DNA of 64,000 bases from Epiperipatus broadwayi. Taxonomy: Eukaryota > Animalia > Onychophora. Below, one piece after another: positions 37,924 through 50,628 of the stretch. Position 1 is the first letter of the stretch. Every line of letters begins with the position of its first letter. Under the pieces are notes generated by a model. That model made no database searches. It was not told the DNA's origin and worked only from the letters and a program-made list of their open reading frames with translations. The position numbers were made by a program, and so were the translations under genes. Where the stretch lies: the NCBI GenBank assembly GCA_028023455.1, contig JAQFVV010000004.1, positions 124,001-188,000 of the forward strand, in the 5' to 3' direction.

Positions 37924-38796
37924 ATAGATAAATAAATAAATAATATTTGTGTATATAATATAAATATAATATAAAATAACAATTCATGTCAATTGTTAAT
38001 ACAGAGTTTAATATAAATAAATAAAATAATAAATAATATTTCCAAGCGCTTTCAACTCTTACGAGTCCTTATCAAGGCAGTGTAAAAAATTCTATTTTCT
38101 CCTAGGTGATGAATTTAACATTTCATTGTATTGGCCAGGAACAACTAATCAGAAAGCTAGTTAATTTCGAATTCATAGCACAAGATGAATTTTGTATAAG
38201 ATATGATTCTTTAATCTTGCGTTTTTTATCATGTGTTTCGTGCATTAATATTGTAAAATCCTTTGGACTACATATATGGCCTGTATTATTTTGGTGAACA
38301 TAAAAAGCTGAATAAACTATCATCTTCTCTTGCTCTATTATATGTATATTTATGTTGTTGAAGGTGATATTTAATATTTGTTTTGGTTTCTCCAACATAT
38401 ATTGCACTACAATTTATTGTGGGCATCTAATAGATTATACAACACTGCTTTTATCTTCCTTATTTATTATTTTCTTAGAATTATTTATTAACCTGTTAAG
38501 GTTAGGTGGAGTTCTCCATGCTAATCAAAAATCTTGACTTAAAACTTTTATTACATTTTTATTAATATTGGGAATAAAAGCTAATGACATTCATGGTTTA
38601 TTATTCATATTTATATGGTCACTATTATGACATTGTTTATAATGCTTCAATACAATAGATAATAGAATTTGTTTATTATAACCACTTGTATTAAATCTTG
38701 CATATAACATTTTATATTATCTTTCATAAACATTGCATTTGAACACAGTCAATGATTACGTGTTAAAAAAGCCACATTTTAGCCGAGCATACCTTG
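37924..38796 (-). mobile_element. Penelope-like element 3' fragment (GIY-YIG endonuclease) in the 5' LTR
   Basis: Minus translation CSAIYVGETKTNIKYHLQQHKYTYN...HQNNTGH...HETHDKKRKIKESYLI..AMN is homologous to ORF 50236-50628. Absent from the 3' LTR. Confidence 0.85.
38042..38077 (-). ncRNA. PLE-associated minimal hammerhead ribozyme motif
   Basis: CC-TTGATAA-G-GACTC-gtaa-GAGTT-GAAA-GCGC-TT-GG: U3/A8 core variant, GNRA-capped stem II, palindromic GCGC stem III. Confidence 0.65.
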
Positions 38797-39452
38797 TCCT
38801 ATTTTATTATAATATATTTCCTGGAAGTGAGGGTACAACCAGTAGTAAGAATTTTGCTCACCTAATGTGTTGCATTGATATGTGTCAGGGGGACCATAGT
38901 TATAGTTGTAAGTTACTAAATAAAGATAGCATATAAATTAAAATGTATAATTTTGGGGTTAACAATAATTATATCTTATTAAATATAAATTGTTTAGTAT
39001 TTTTAGAATAGTAATAATAATTGGTTAGGATTTAAGTATGATATTGAAATAGATATTTTATTATTAAAGTCATTATAATTTCATGTGGTATCTATAATCT
39101 GATTATGTAAAAATAAAATATTATTATGTTATTTGTAAATTAATAAGCAAATAAATAGTAAATTATGCAAATGTGGCTAATAATTATTTTATATTATAAC
39201 CATGTCAATTATTAAGATATTTTAAAATGTATGTTGAATATATTCTGTTATGTGCAAATTGTCTGTGGATCATGTGTGTGAAGATTGATGACACGGCACA
39301 TATAATTTTTTGTTATAGTTATTATAATCGGTTAGTATTAAATAGTGTAAGGTTTTGAAATGGTGATATTCTATGATTTATTGTGGATGTGGATGGGGTG
39401 GAGATAGGAAGGCTGATAGGGAATTATTTTATGAAAATATTGATAGTAAATA

Positions 39453-41652
39453 TTGTACACTGTTAAAATTGAATTTTTGATAAAGTATATAAAAATGAGT
39501 AATTGGGATATAAACTTAGAAATTAAGATGTCCAATTTTATTGTTGATGATAATATTTGTGAGGAGAAAGAAGTAGAAAAACTAGCACATTTTGAGACAG
39601 TTATAGATGATACTCAAATTATGGATAGTGAAATAAAGGAGGAGGAGAAAGAGATGGTGGAAATAAAAGTAGTAGAAGGAGAATTAGTAAAAACTGGGAA
39701 GAGTATAGAGAACCTACTGATAATGGATATAATGAAGTATTTTGAATCAGTAATTAAAAATCTTGGTGAGTCAATGAATAAGATGAATATGAAATTTGAT
39801 TCTTTTAAAGAAGATATGAAAGAAGAAAGTAATAAAAGAAATATTAAATTTGATTCTTTTAAAGAAGATATGAGAAAAGATATGAAAGAGGAGAGTAATA
39901 AAAGTAGTATTAAATTTGATTCTTTTAAAGAAGATATGAAGAAAATTAGTATAAATTCAGATATGAAATTAGAATCCCTTAATGAAAATATTAAAGAAGT
40001 TAGAGAAGACTTAAATAAAGACAGAGAAGAAATTAGATTTTGTATAGATAATCTAAATCAAAAACTTGATGATAATTCTAAAACTGTGAATAATTTTAAA
40101 AAAGAAGTGAAGGATAAATTTGATAATCTTGATTTAAGGTTTAACAAGATTGAGAAGCAATTGAATTTTTAAAAATAGAAGTTATATAGATTGATGACAA
40201 AAATCAGGGGTTATTAGAAAGAAGATTTTGCGAATTTTCTGAAAATACCATTAAACGTTTAAAAGGTCAAATTGAAGAATCTATTAATCAGTGTAAAATA
40301 AATAATAGTGATTTAACTCTAAAAATAGACAATTATACGTTGGGTGTTGACCATGAGATTTATGGAGTTAAAGGCCATATTGATCGTGTTAGTGAGGATA
40401 TCAGAATTATCAAAGGTAAAATAATCCTAAAGTAAACATAAAGGATAAGATAGAAAAGGAATTGGTAGAAAAATTTAAGGAATTAGATATTAAAAAAACA
40501 GATGAGCACAAATATCGGTCTAAAGTAGGTGAAAATCTGAAACGTTTGCAAAAGGACATGAAAGAGCAAGCAGGTATATTAGAAAAGAATAGTGATAAAT
40601 GCAAGGAAATATTAGATCAAAATTTAGACGAGTTTAGAAAGTATATGTTAAACAAGTACTTGAGCAGATTAATTTTGAGGAAAAATTTCAACAGATCTAC
40701 GATCAGATGGAGGAGATGAAATCTATAAATGATAAAAAAAAAACAGAATTAGTCAAAGAGAAAGTAGTATATAAGACATTATATTAATTCGTCACCAATA
40801 GATAAAATAGAATCTGTGAAGAAAAGTGATGATAATCAGTTGGAACACACTATTGTTAAGGAGATCGATAACAAACCAGTTAGAGAAAGTGTTAGTTATG
40901 AGGGAGGTGCAAATAGTTCGATGGCCTTATGTTTTATGAAGGTTAAGCCATTTAGGGGAGAGTACACAGAAAACTCCTCAGAGTTCTTGAATAACTTAGA
41001 TGAGTTATTTTCCCTATGCTTACTATCAGAGAAGGAAAGGATAGCTATTTGTAGCAACCACTTACATGGAACTGCCAAAGATTGGTGGCAGTCACTTTTC
41101 GAAAAACCAGCAACTTATGGTGATTTTAAGTGCCTTATAATAGGAAGTTTCTGGAATTCTGATAAGCAAAACAGTATCAGATACCAAATCACCCAGGAAA
41201 AATATCATAGCAGCAAAGGTAGTTACACACGTTTTTTTAGAAATCAGGCTATTAGGTTAAAAACATTAACTGCATGTCCATTGTCAGAAGGACAAATCAT
41301 GAGGATAGTAAGACATAATTTGCCTAGGAATGTCGAACAGTTACTGATAGCTGCCGATCGTTGTTGAAGACGTTTCGAGGTGTTAGATGCTCTTGAAGTA
41401 ACTGAAATATCCGTAGACACTAGATTTAAGGCAAATAAGGAAAGAGGTAATTATCCTTTGTCCAATGTTAATGTAAATGCTGGTATGAGATCTGCAGGAT
41501 TTAAAAGGAGATATGAATATAGAGATAGAGCGTCTTCCCATGTAAGAAAAATTGTTAGGTTTGATAAATTTAGGAATAGAATTGAAAATCAAAACAGTCA
41601 GCCTTCTACTAGCGGCATGACTAATAAAGTTACTGATAAAAAATTAAATTAG
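39453..41652 (+). pseudogene. gag: gag (long coiled-coil N-terminus + capsid), broken by stops/frameshifts
   Basis: ORFs 39453-40172, 40462-40719, 40816-41367 (PFRGE..EFL..L....HLHGTAKDWW retrotransposon-gag pattern) and 41380-41652. Confidence 0.85.
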
Positions 41653-41711
41653 AAAGGTCTTTGTATGTCAGTTCCTCTTTGCAAGGACCCGGTGCTAACA
41701 AAATGGGGAAC
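41643..41711 (+). promoter_or_regulatory. Candidate -1 ribosomal frameshift signal (slippery site + pseudoknot)
   Basis: A TTA AAT in the gag frame, 6-nt spacer, stem ggtctttg/caaggacc, loop gttcctc complementary to ggggaac (41705-41711). Pol is in the -1 frame. Confidence 0.5.
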
Positions 41712-43277
41712 GATCAGTTGTGGATGCTTAATACTTTAGATCTCGATATTGATTTTCTAGAGCCATTTGCTATAGGCGAACTGCCTATAACTTTCCAATG
41801 TCCTATTGTAATTTTGTATATTAACAATGTCAAAATTGAAGCATTAATTGACTCGGGAAGCCACACTTCCATATTATCAGTGTCAACGTATCAAAATCTG
41901 GTGAGCATGGAAGGTGATATACCTTCATTACCAGTAAAGCAAATACAGGTAACTCTAGCAGATGGAAAGAGAACAAAATTATCAAATAAACAAGTTTAAA
42001 TTACCTTCAAAATAAATAACACAGAGTTTGTGCATGTTTTCCTTATTATGCCTGGGTTAATACATGAAGCCATAATAGGTGCTGACTTCATGATTTTAAA
42101 TAAATGTCAAATTGATTTTTATAATAAAGTTTTTATTTGTAAGAAGGAAAGACTTAATTTTGAATATGGTATGCATAACTTTTCTAATCAATTACTATGC
42201 ATTCATAATACATTAATTGACTCTAGCATAAAGGCCAAAATTGAACATGTTTATGCAGTCAATTCTAAATTGGGTGAAAATTTATATCAATTAATGTACA
42301 GCTTTAAAAGCATATTTTCTAAAATCCCCGGTATAATAAAAGGGTATACCCATAGAATAAAATTGAAGAGTAATGATCCTTTCCATCAAAAGATGTACCT
42401 GATCCCTTACCAATATAAGGATGAGGTATAGAGTCAAATTGACAAAATGTTGGAGTGGAATTTAATTAAAAAGTACCCTTCTCCTTATGTAAACCCATTG
42501 GTTATTGTAAAGAAGAAGGATGGCAATATTAGGGTATGTCTAGATGCTCGCATGCTAAATGCTGTAACTATACCAGAGTGTGACATTCCTCCACCCATAC
42601 ATGAGCTCCTAACTAAATTTTATAAGAGGTCAATTTTCTCTACATTTGATTTAACAGCTAATTATTGGCAAATACCGCTGCATGAGAATGATCAGCAGTA
42701 TACAGCATTTCGATATCAAGGCCAGTCGTATGTTTTCAGACGAATGCCTTTTGGTCTTATCACTAGTGGTGCTGGCTTGATCAGATGTTTGGACATGATT
42801 TTTTCAAAACAATTGAAGGAAAAAATCATCATGTATGTGGACGATATAGTCATTGCTTCTAATAATTGACATGAGCATCTTCAACATTTAGAATTATTTT
42901 TCACTGAATGTCATATGAAAAATGTTAAAATTAATATGGAGAAGTGTTCGATAGCTGCCAAATAAATCACTTTTCTGGGGCATTTAATAAATGAACATGG
43001 AATCCAGCCTCATCCTGAAAAGATTGCAGCTATTCAACGCTTCCCCATTCCAAAAGCAGTAAAACAACTAAAATCATTTTTTGGATTATGCAATTATTAC
43101 AATAGATTTTATAAAAATTTTGCTGAAGATACTATACATTTATCTAAATTATTAAAGAAAACTGAGAGGTGGAAGTGGACTGTTAATCATGATATTGAAT
43201 TTAATGTAATTAAGAATAAATTTTTAAAACCCGTGATTTTAATATACCCTGACTTTAATAAAACTTTTTACATACAA

Positions 43278-44170
43278 ATGTTTGTGAAGCCAGTAGAAGT
43301 AAGAGGCCATATCCAACCCAGTTCCATCACACTCACCAACCATAAATTAGCTGGGCTCACATCTTTTCTGCACAGGAACCAACAGCTGTGTAAGTTGGAT
43401 GCAGATAGGAAGACAAATTTAATATTATACAGGGAAGACTTACTGAAGATGGGGTTCAAACACAGGCTGATCGACAAAAATTCATACAATTCAACAATAA
43501 AGTAACCAACAATACACTCAATGTGCATACACACAGGCTGCTGCTGCCATACATTCCTAATTTACATAATAAATTTTATGAAATATTTAACAGACAGTTT
43601 CAACTAATCTTTTGTACCCCCCCCCTAGTTCTAACAGATTGCTTAACAACCCTAAAGATAAATTAGCACTGTCTCAAACACCTCAAGCTGTTTATAATAT
43701 TGCATGCACTCATGCAAATTGTAGAAACCAGATTATAACAACATAAATATGCGTATATTAAAGCTCAGTCAGATCCATCACGTTATTCAATTTTTGCAAT
43801 TCATCAAAAAATAACAGGACACCAGTGTGAACCTCATGATGTCAGCCTGGTCTGCAAAGAAAGGCACAATTTAAAAAGAAAAGTGAAGGAGGCCTGCTTC
43901 ATAGTGATGGATTCCAATGCCATCAACTGCAAGGACACATGTTTCACGATCTCAAGAAAATGGAGCAATTAACCTGAACTTTGCATAATTGCATATAATT
44001 AATTCACTTAGAGCTACAAATGAGAGCACGTCTCTTGAAAGTGCTTGCAGAATAGTATAATTTTATTTTGTTTTAAGTATAAAATAGCTTTGCGTTCAGG
44101 TGCAATAGCGTCTATATTATTTTACAAGTATTTTTATTCGCTCGCAAAGTTTTCGAGTTAGATTTGAATT
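43278..44170 (+). mobile_element. Penelope-like element 3' fragment inserted in RNase H
   Basis: MFVKPVEVRGH...TNHKLAGLTSFLHRN aligns with MLIKPLVVRGH...TNHKLSGLTLFLYRN of ORF 50601; a GIY-YIG remnant follows. Imperfect duplication aaaactttttacatacaa / aaaactttatctacag at the flanks. Confidence 0.88.
44011..44048 (+). ncRNA. Degenerate hammerhead relic in the PLE 3' UTR
   Basis: ctacaaa-t-GAGAG-cacgt-CTCTT-GAAA-GTGC-TT; core only 4/7. Confidence 0.35.
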
Positions 44171-45997
44171 AAAACTTTATCTACAGACAGATAGTAGTTA
44201 CTATGGTCTGGGGGTAGTGTTATATCAACTCGATGAGAATCAGGTACCTCATGTATTGTACTTCTTAAGCCGACATCTAAGAGGTGCTGAGTTGAATTAC
44301 ACTATTACTGAAAAGGAGACCCTAGCTGTTGTGTGGGCTTTTCAGAAATTACGTCAATTTTTATTGGGTTCAGAAGTGATTATGTTGACCAACCATAGGA
44401 GCTTGAAGTTTTTAGACAAAAGCTACCTCAGTAATGAGAGACTTGTTAGATGGAGCTTGTATCTCCAACAATTCAATTATAGTTATCTATATTGAAGGGA
44501 GACAGAATATCCCTGCTGATATTCTTAGTTGCCATCCTATCTGTCTGATTTCACAACATCCTGATACTCAAAATATAATTATTAGTAACATTGATTTGGT
44601 TAGGGATAAATCTATAGTGGATGATTATAATAATTTCACTATGATTCACTGTCAGGATCAGAGATTAAATAAAATCATGACTATCTTAAATAATCATGAT
44701 AACATAAATAGTAAAAATAAATATATTAGAAATTTTTTTAGTAAGTATAAGATGTATCAGAATCTACTCATGTATAAGTCAAATCAGGGAGAATCATGGA
44801 GGATGGTTGTACCTAACTCTATGATTGATAAACTAATAATGTATGTTCATTGTAATTATGGTCACTATGGTGCACCAAAGATCATGTATGTCTTGAAAAC
44901 TATCTTTTACTGGGATAAAATGTACAAACATGTAATAAGGAAAATTAAAACATGTTCTACTTGCTTAAAGTCTAAATATTGTAATGAGTTTTATGTAGGT
45001 ATCATGTAGTCTATTATTCCTGATCGATCTAATGAGTTATTAGCGATCGATTTTTATGGGCCTCTTCCACCATCTAATCGACAGAAATTTATTTTAGTAA
45101 CTTATGATGTTTTCAGTAAATTAGTAACAGCATATCCAACTAGTGCACATTATGTAATTAGATGCATGCTTAATTACCAATTTCCATTGGTGGGGAAACC
45201 AAAAATAATACTTACAGATCATGCTACAGCTTTTATATCTGGTAGATGGAATGAGTGGATTCAAACTCAAAACCTCAAACACATTATGAGCTCCATAAGA
45301 AACCCTCAATCTAATCCTTGCGAGCGTGTTATGCGGGAGCTTAATCGGTTATTTAGGGTTTATGTAGCCAATGATCACAAAAAATGGGTTCATAAACTTT
45401 CTGAGGTTATTAATTACATCAATAGCACATACAATGAATCTACTGGTTTTACACCTATCCATTTACATTATATACCAATCATAAGAGAAAAAATTAATAT
45501 GAGTGAAGATATTAAGTAGGCTAAAGTGAAGCTTCATATTATGGGTGCTAAGAGGGTAAAAAAATCCCATAATAGACCACATACATTTAAATTTAATGAT
45601 TTAGTTCTGGTTAGAACATCCCATGTTAGCAACCTTCAGAGAAATCAGTTTAGAAAATTCCTTAGTTTGTATGAGGGTCCATATAAAATATCTTGCAAGG
45701 TAGGTGAAAATGCATTTATGTTAGTTACACCAGATGGTAAGAAAGGAACCTATAATGCAAGAAGTTTGATTCCGTATCCTTCTGAAGTGTAAATGATAAT
45801 TTTTTTAGGAGTGTTTTTGGGTTGGAGATTATTAATGTGATGTTCAAATACTTTATAAATTCTATTATGTCAAAATAGTTTATTATTAGGTGCAATGGTA
45901 CAGGATAAATGTTAACTGTGGAAGTAATAGAGATAATAATTATAATTTAAATAGGTTAAATATTGAGGTTGATGGTTAATTTAAAATTTTTATCTGT

Positions 45998-46009
45998 AGG
46001 GGGAGGATA
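45998..46009 (+). promoter_or_regulatory. Polypurine tract
   Basis: agggggaggata immediately 5' of the TG of the 3' LTR. Confidence 0.85.
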
Positions 46010-47285
46010 TGTACTCTTTTGTTTAGGTCTGAATAAATTGTTTTATCAGTTTTACTAAATAATTTTAAATCTAAGATGTATTTTAGTGGTATGATGTCGA
46101 TGTTATGCTGACAATCTTTTAAAAAATCTAATTAAAGTAAAATAATATTTAATGTATAAAATTATGCTAATATTTGAAAAACGATCAAATAAGGCTAAAT
46201 TGTAATATTGTATGGTTGGGAAAACTGGCCATGATAAATACTGCATTAATAAGTCTTGTAAATAAGTGTTTAAAGCTGAATTTTAAAAGTAATATTAAAT
46301 AGTTAAATATTAAATAGTTAAATAGTATATTTTAATAATAAAAATTACATTTAATAATTGAATTTAAAATCATTTATTTAAAGGTAGTATTGTGGTAGAT
46401 AAATGGGTATTTAATTTTGTAATATTAAAATAATTATTTTAAAATTTGATATTATTTTTATATAATATTTTTTGCAATTAAATTATTTGTTTTATTTTCA
46501 AATAAATTTGAAGCATTCTGTCTGGGTTGTAAGTCATGTGACATGTAGATATCCATACCCATGTACTTAGAAGTTTTTTAGTAAACTTTAAAATTCTATT
46601 ATAGGATTGAAATATTATATTTGACTACCACGAGATAAAATAAAATTAGTTATTATAAAGTATTAAATTGGGGGTTTTGTTTTAAAAATGAATATAGTAA
46701 ATAAAAATTAGATTTTTGTTTTGCTTGGCAAAATAGATACATTAAAAACTAAAAGTGAGATAAAGTAATAAGATATTATTTTAAGGTGTTTAGTTGATTT
46801 AAATAAAATATAAGAATTAATTTGGAATTAAATAATGTAATAATTAAAAATATTCCATGAGTCATTATTTTTAATTTTGATTCTGCACTTTTGGCTAGAT
46901 ATGTAAATTAGGCTATCAAGTGAATATCCAAGCGACCAATCTAGTGGTTAAATCATTTCGATATAAAAGCCTATGCTGTTATTTTCAGTGTGCTTTCTAT
47001 TAGTTAAGGGTGCCTTCTAAAACAGCCAAGTGTAGTGTTATCAAGTCAATTTAGTGCTATAACAGCTCTCTTAATAATTTATCATTTCGAAAAGAGAGTA
47101 TTTAAATAAACTATAAGATTATTCAGTATAAATATGTAGTGTTAAATAACTAGAATTCCTTACTGACCGTTTTTGTCAAAGCTTACTTTAACATCGGAAT
47201 AATTATGGGAATACCAAGTTTAAATACCTATTTATATAAAAAATGTTGGAAATACCACTTTTCAATTAAAAATACAATTATAGCA

Positions 47286-47379
47286 GTCTTGGGTTGTTAG
47301 CTGAGAGGTATCGCAAGCAAGTAGTTGATTGCAGACGGTTGTGGGTTCGCGTCCCGGCCGATGCTATGACATATGAAAA
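47286..47379 (+). mobile_element. Short tRNA-derived SINE (tRNA-Cys-like head)
   Basis: A box tagctgagagg, B box ggttcgcgtcc, ttgattgcaga resembling a Cys anticodon arm, A tail, 16-bp TSD aaaaatacaattatag. Absent from the 5' LTR. Confidence 0.8.
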
Positions 47380-50128
47380 AAAAATACAATTATAGTAATG
47401 TTAACTAAAGTGAATAATTTGTTGGGAAGTTAACATGTTGGACATCAGATGTAGAATTAAAACGAAAGGTTCGCAAGAAATTTAAAAGTATAAAATACCT
47501 TTTATTTGGAAAGATAATTTTTGTACAAGACCGGAAAAATAATACGGTAAAAAAGAAAATAGATTAAAAAAAAAAAACTTTCGATATTTTTTTAAAAATA
47601 GATATTTTTAAAAATGCAGAAATATTTCTTTCTGAAGAAAACATTTATAATAATTTATTTCAAACTGTCTTCAAGTAAAAGATGGAAAGTAAAGATAGTT
47701 GTTAGAATATCTGACGTATTAAATCTTTACTGTTTTAAAAGACTATAATGCATTTTAATAACTTTTTTGAAAACTGATAATTTTGAAAATATTAATGAAA
47801 AATAAATACCTTTAGCCAAATAAGAAAATGTCCTGATATTAAATTCTGTATGCTGGTTATACAGAAGGATTTAAAATTGATTTATTGAAATATTTTTTTA
47901 AAATATGCAATAATTATATACGAATGCCTGAATTTGTATCTCCGTATCAAAGACACCATGAACCGTCAGAGGATCCTAGGGAAGTAATATAACTTTGAAG
48001 AATTACTTTTTATATTATAATTGAAATTTCATTCGATAATCACTGGTTGAATAATAGAGACAGTAGGCTATCATTTCATATAAACTGTCAAGAACATGTC
48101 AGTGATTACTTTTACTAATAAATCCGGATTCTTTAAAGTCGACTTGTTTTTTTTTTAATGTTGGAACTATCTGAGAATGCACCATGTAGTGGAGAAAGTA
48201 AGCGCTGGGGAGATTCAATACCTGGGAGAAAGAAAGAACTTTTTTTATTTTGAACATTTAGCGCTGGAGTTTTACGTAGATATAATTTTTTTTATTTATT
48301 TAATTAACATTAGTATTAAATTTTTATTTATTTATTAGGGATAGAAAAGGTACATAAAATTAATTATTTACTAATATAATGCTTTAATTTCATAAAGGAT
48401 TTTTAATAATTTAAAACTTAATATTTTGAGTATAATAGTATTGAATGAATTTTACATTATTTTTTTATTAATTTGTGGACCACGAAGACGTCAATTAAGT
48501 GATCAACGAATAGAAATATCACTTATGGTAATAGTTGTAGAATATTAATAATTTATGATGACTTTTTTTTTAGCTGGTCAAAATATGTAATTTTGTATGA
48601 ATATATATGTGTAAATACATTGTACACACATAAAACTTATAGGAATTTGTTTATTTTTAAAATATGCATACTTTTATTTTATATTACAAATCTATTATGA
48701 CTTAATGAGGAATATAATTATATGATTCTTTCGGAACTGAACTTTAGTATTTTTTAAAAATGGTTAAAGTATTGATTTATTTTATTGAAACCAGTCATTG
48801 TGTATTTTGTTCACAAATTATTAAGGAGGTGAAGTAATCTTTTATTATTGAACAGTTTAGATCATTATCTTTATACGCAAATTTATTTATTGATTTAGAA
48901 ATATATTGTAAGAATTTTTTGATGATGTATAGTGATAGGTCTATAGAGTAATTTTAAAAGTTAGTGACTTGAAAGTAAATGTAGAATTTATTATTAGGGG
49001 AATAGGAATAATATATGATCTTAGTAATTATGTGAATACTATCAATTCTAGTGAGGTTAAGAATATAAGTTGAATAAGGAAAAGAATCATAAAATATTTT
49101 TTTTATATTTCAGCAAATTAATTTTGTGAAAATATGCAATTGATAAGTAAAGTTTGTTTGGCAAAATTGTGGAACAACTTTAAGTATTTTTAAAAAACAT
49201 ACATGTATTGCATATTTTAATAAATGATATATTGTAACAGAACAGCATAGGTATAAGACAAATAATTATATATTGGATAAATACGATTCAATGTTCAGGA
49301 GATATATCAACACATACATCTATTTTATATTAGATTAGTATTCATTAGGAGGTATAATGTATGACAACGATGTTATAATGAATCTACTCATAATATTATT
49401 AACTGGAATAAATATATTTTATTTAATAGCAAATGATATTTAAAATGTTATGTAGGTCCATGAATTCTATTAATTGATATTTAAAAATTTTGATAAATGT
49501 CTAAAATAGTTAAATAATCTGGAGAATGAAAATTGTAATGATACATTTTATTTTTATTTTTGGAATGTAAATATTGTAAATAAGTTATTTGTTAAAGTTA
49601 CTGAATAAAATTTGTTAAACTTGTTTTTATAAAATTATGTGTCAAATCAATTATTTTACACCACAACATATGACAACAGATAATTTGAACTAAAACATAA
49701 TGTTTGCACAATATAAATAAGATTATTATTATTTAAGAATTAGAGTATTCTCTTAATGTGATTATTAAGAAATTTTATTGACATTATCATATTATTATTA
49801 CTACGGTCATAAGATAATTACAATATATTACGCAGGATTATAATATTATCCATTACCACATATTTTCAAATTATAAGATTCTACCACACGTTTATTTAAG
49901 ATGTCATATTAAGATTAAAGGTTATGTTATATTATTGACTTCTTATTGTCATCAATGATTATTGCTATAATAAAGAAATAAGCAAACAGTTTAAACTTTG
50001 TGGGTAATTGTTCTAAATCAAAATATATAAAATGCACTAACACACACAAGCACACAAAGCTAAAAAACAAATAAAGAAAAGTATATATTATTTTATTTTA
50101 ATATATATATATATATTTAATCAAATGT

Positions 50129-50166
50129 CTAAGTGCTTTCAAGAGTCAAAGCCCTCATATTCATGG
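50129..50166 (-). ncRNA. Degenerate hammerhead relic in the PLE 3' UTR
   Basis: cc-ATGAATA-t-GAGGG-ctttga-CTCTT-GAAA-GCAC-TT-ag; core 5/7. Confidence 0.4.
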
Positions 50167-50235
50167 CCGTTTTGTTAAAATATAAGAGATTGATCAATCT
50201 CTTATGAGTGATGTAAATTTATGCAAATGAAATGA

Positions 50236-50628
50236 TTACACATACCATTTCTTGAATATTTTGTAGCAAGAGTCTTTTCTATTTATGGCATTGCCATCTC
50301 TAGAGATAAAGTAAGCCTCTTTTATCTTCCTTTTGAGATCGTGTCGTTCTCTGCAAACCAGTACTGGATTTTCAGATTGGTAATCATGACCAGCTGAAGT
50401 GCGATGCTGTGCAAAAACTGAACTATAAGCAGTATCCACCAGTGCTTTATTGTAGGAGTAAGTGTGTTGGGATGGCCTAGTAGACAGAGAGGCCCTAGTC
50501 TCACCATAATATGATGATTTACAATATTTTTCAGGGCAGGCAATATTATAGACCACCTGAGGGCTCAGCGAGGGTGGTAGGCTGTTTTTAGTGTTATTGA
50601 TTAGTTTGTTGGAGGTGTGTGAAAACAT
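50236..50628 (-). pseudogene. PLE GIY-YIG endonuclease (frameshifted from RT)
   Basis: VVYNIACPEKYCKSSYYGETRASLSTR..QH...KRKIKEAYFI..AIN. Confidence 0.88.

Larger units (their letters stand above)
27179..38837 (+). repeat. 5' LTR (~4.35 kb after removing four nested inserts)
   Basis: Begins tgtactcttttgtttagg, ends ctggaagtgagggtaca. Colinear with 46010-52236 in blocks 27179-28844, 30112-30273, 32735-34947, 37645-37923 and 38797-38837. Confidence 0.9.
41661..45792 (+). pseudogene. pol: pol (PR-RT-RNase H-integrase), disrupted and interrupted by a PLE
   Basis: PR LIDSGS; RT VCLDAR...FDLTANYWQ...RMPFGL...YVDD; RH TDSSYYGLG...YTITEKETLAVVW; IN HCNYGH...CSTC, LTDHATAF, SNPCER; GPY motif YEGPY. 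Confidence 0.92.

Noticed and set aside
453-38936. Numerous short I/F/L/K-rich ORFs in the track (e.g. 453, 2849, 6362, 7433, 13506, 14572, 32902, 35630, 36113)
   Set aside because: Compositional artefacts of AT-rich DNA, or antisense to TE ORFs.
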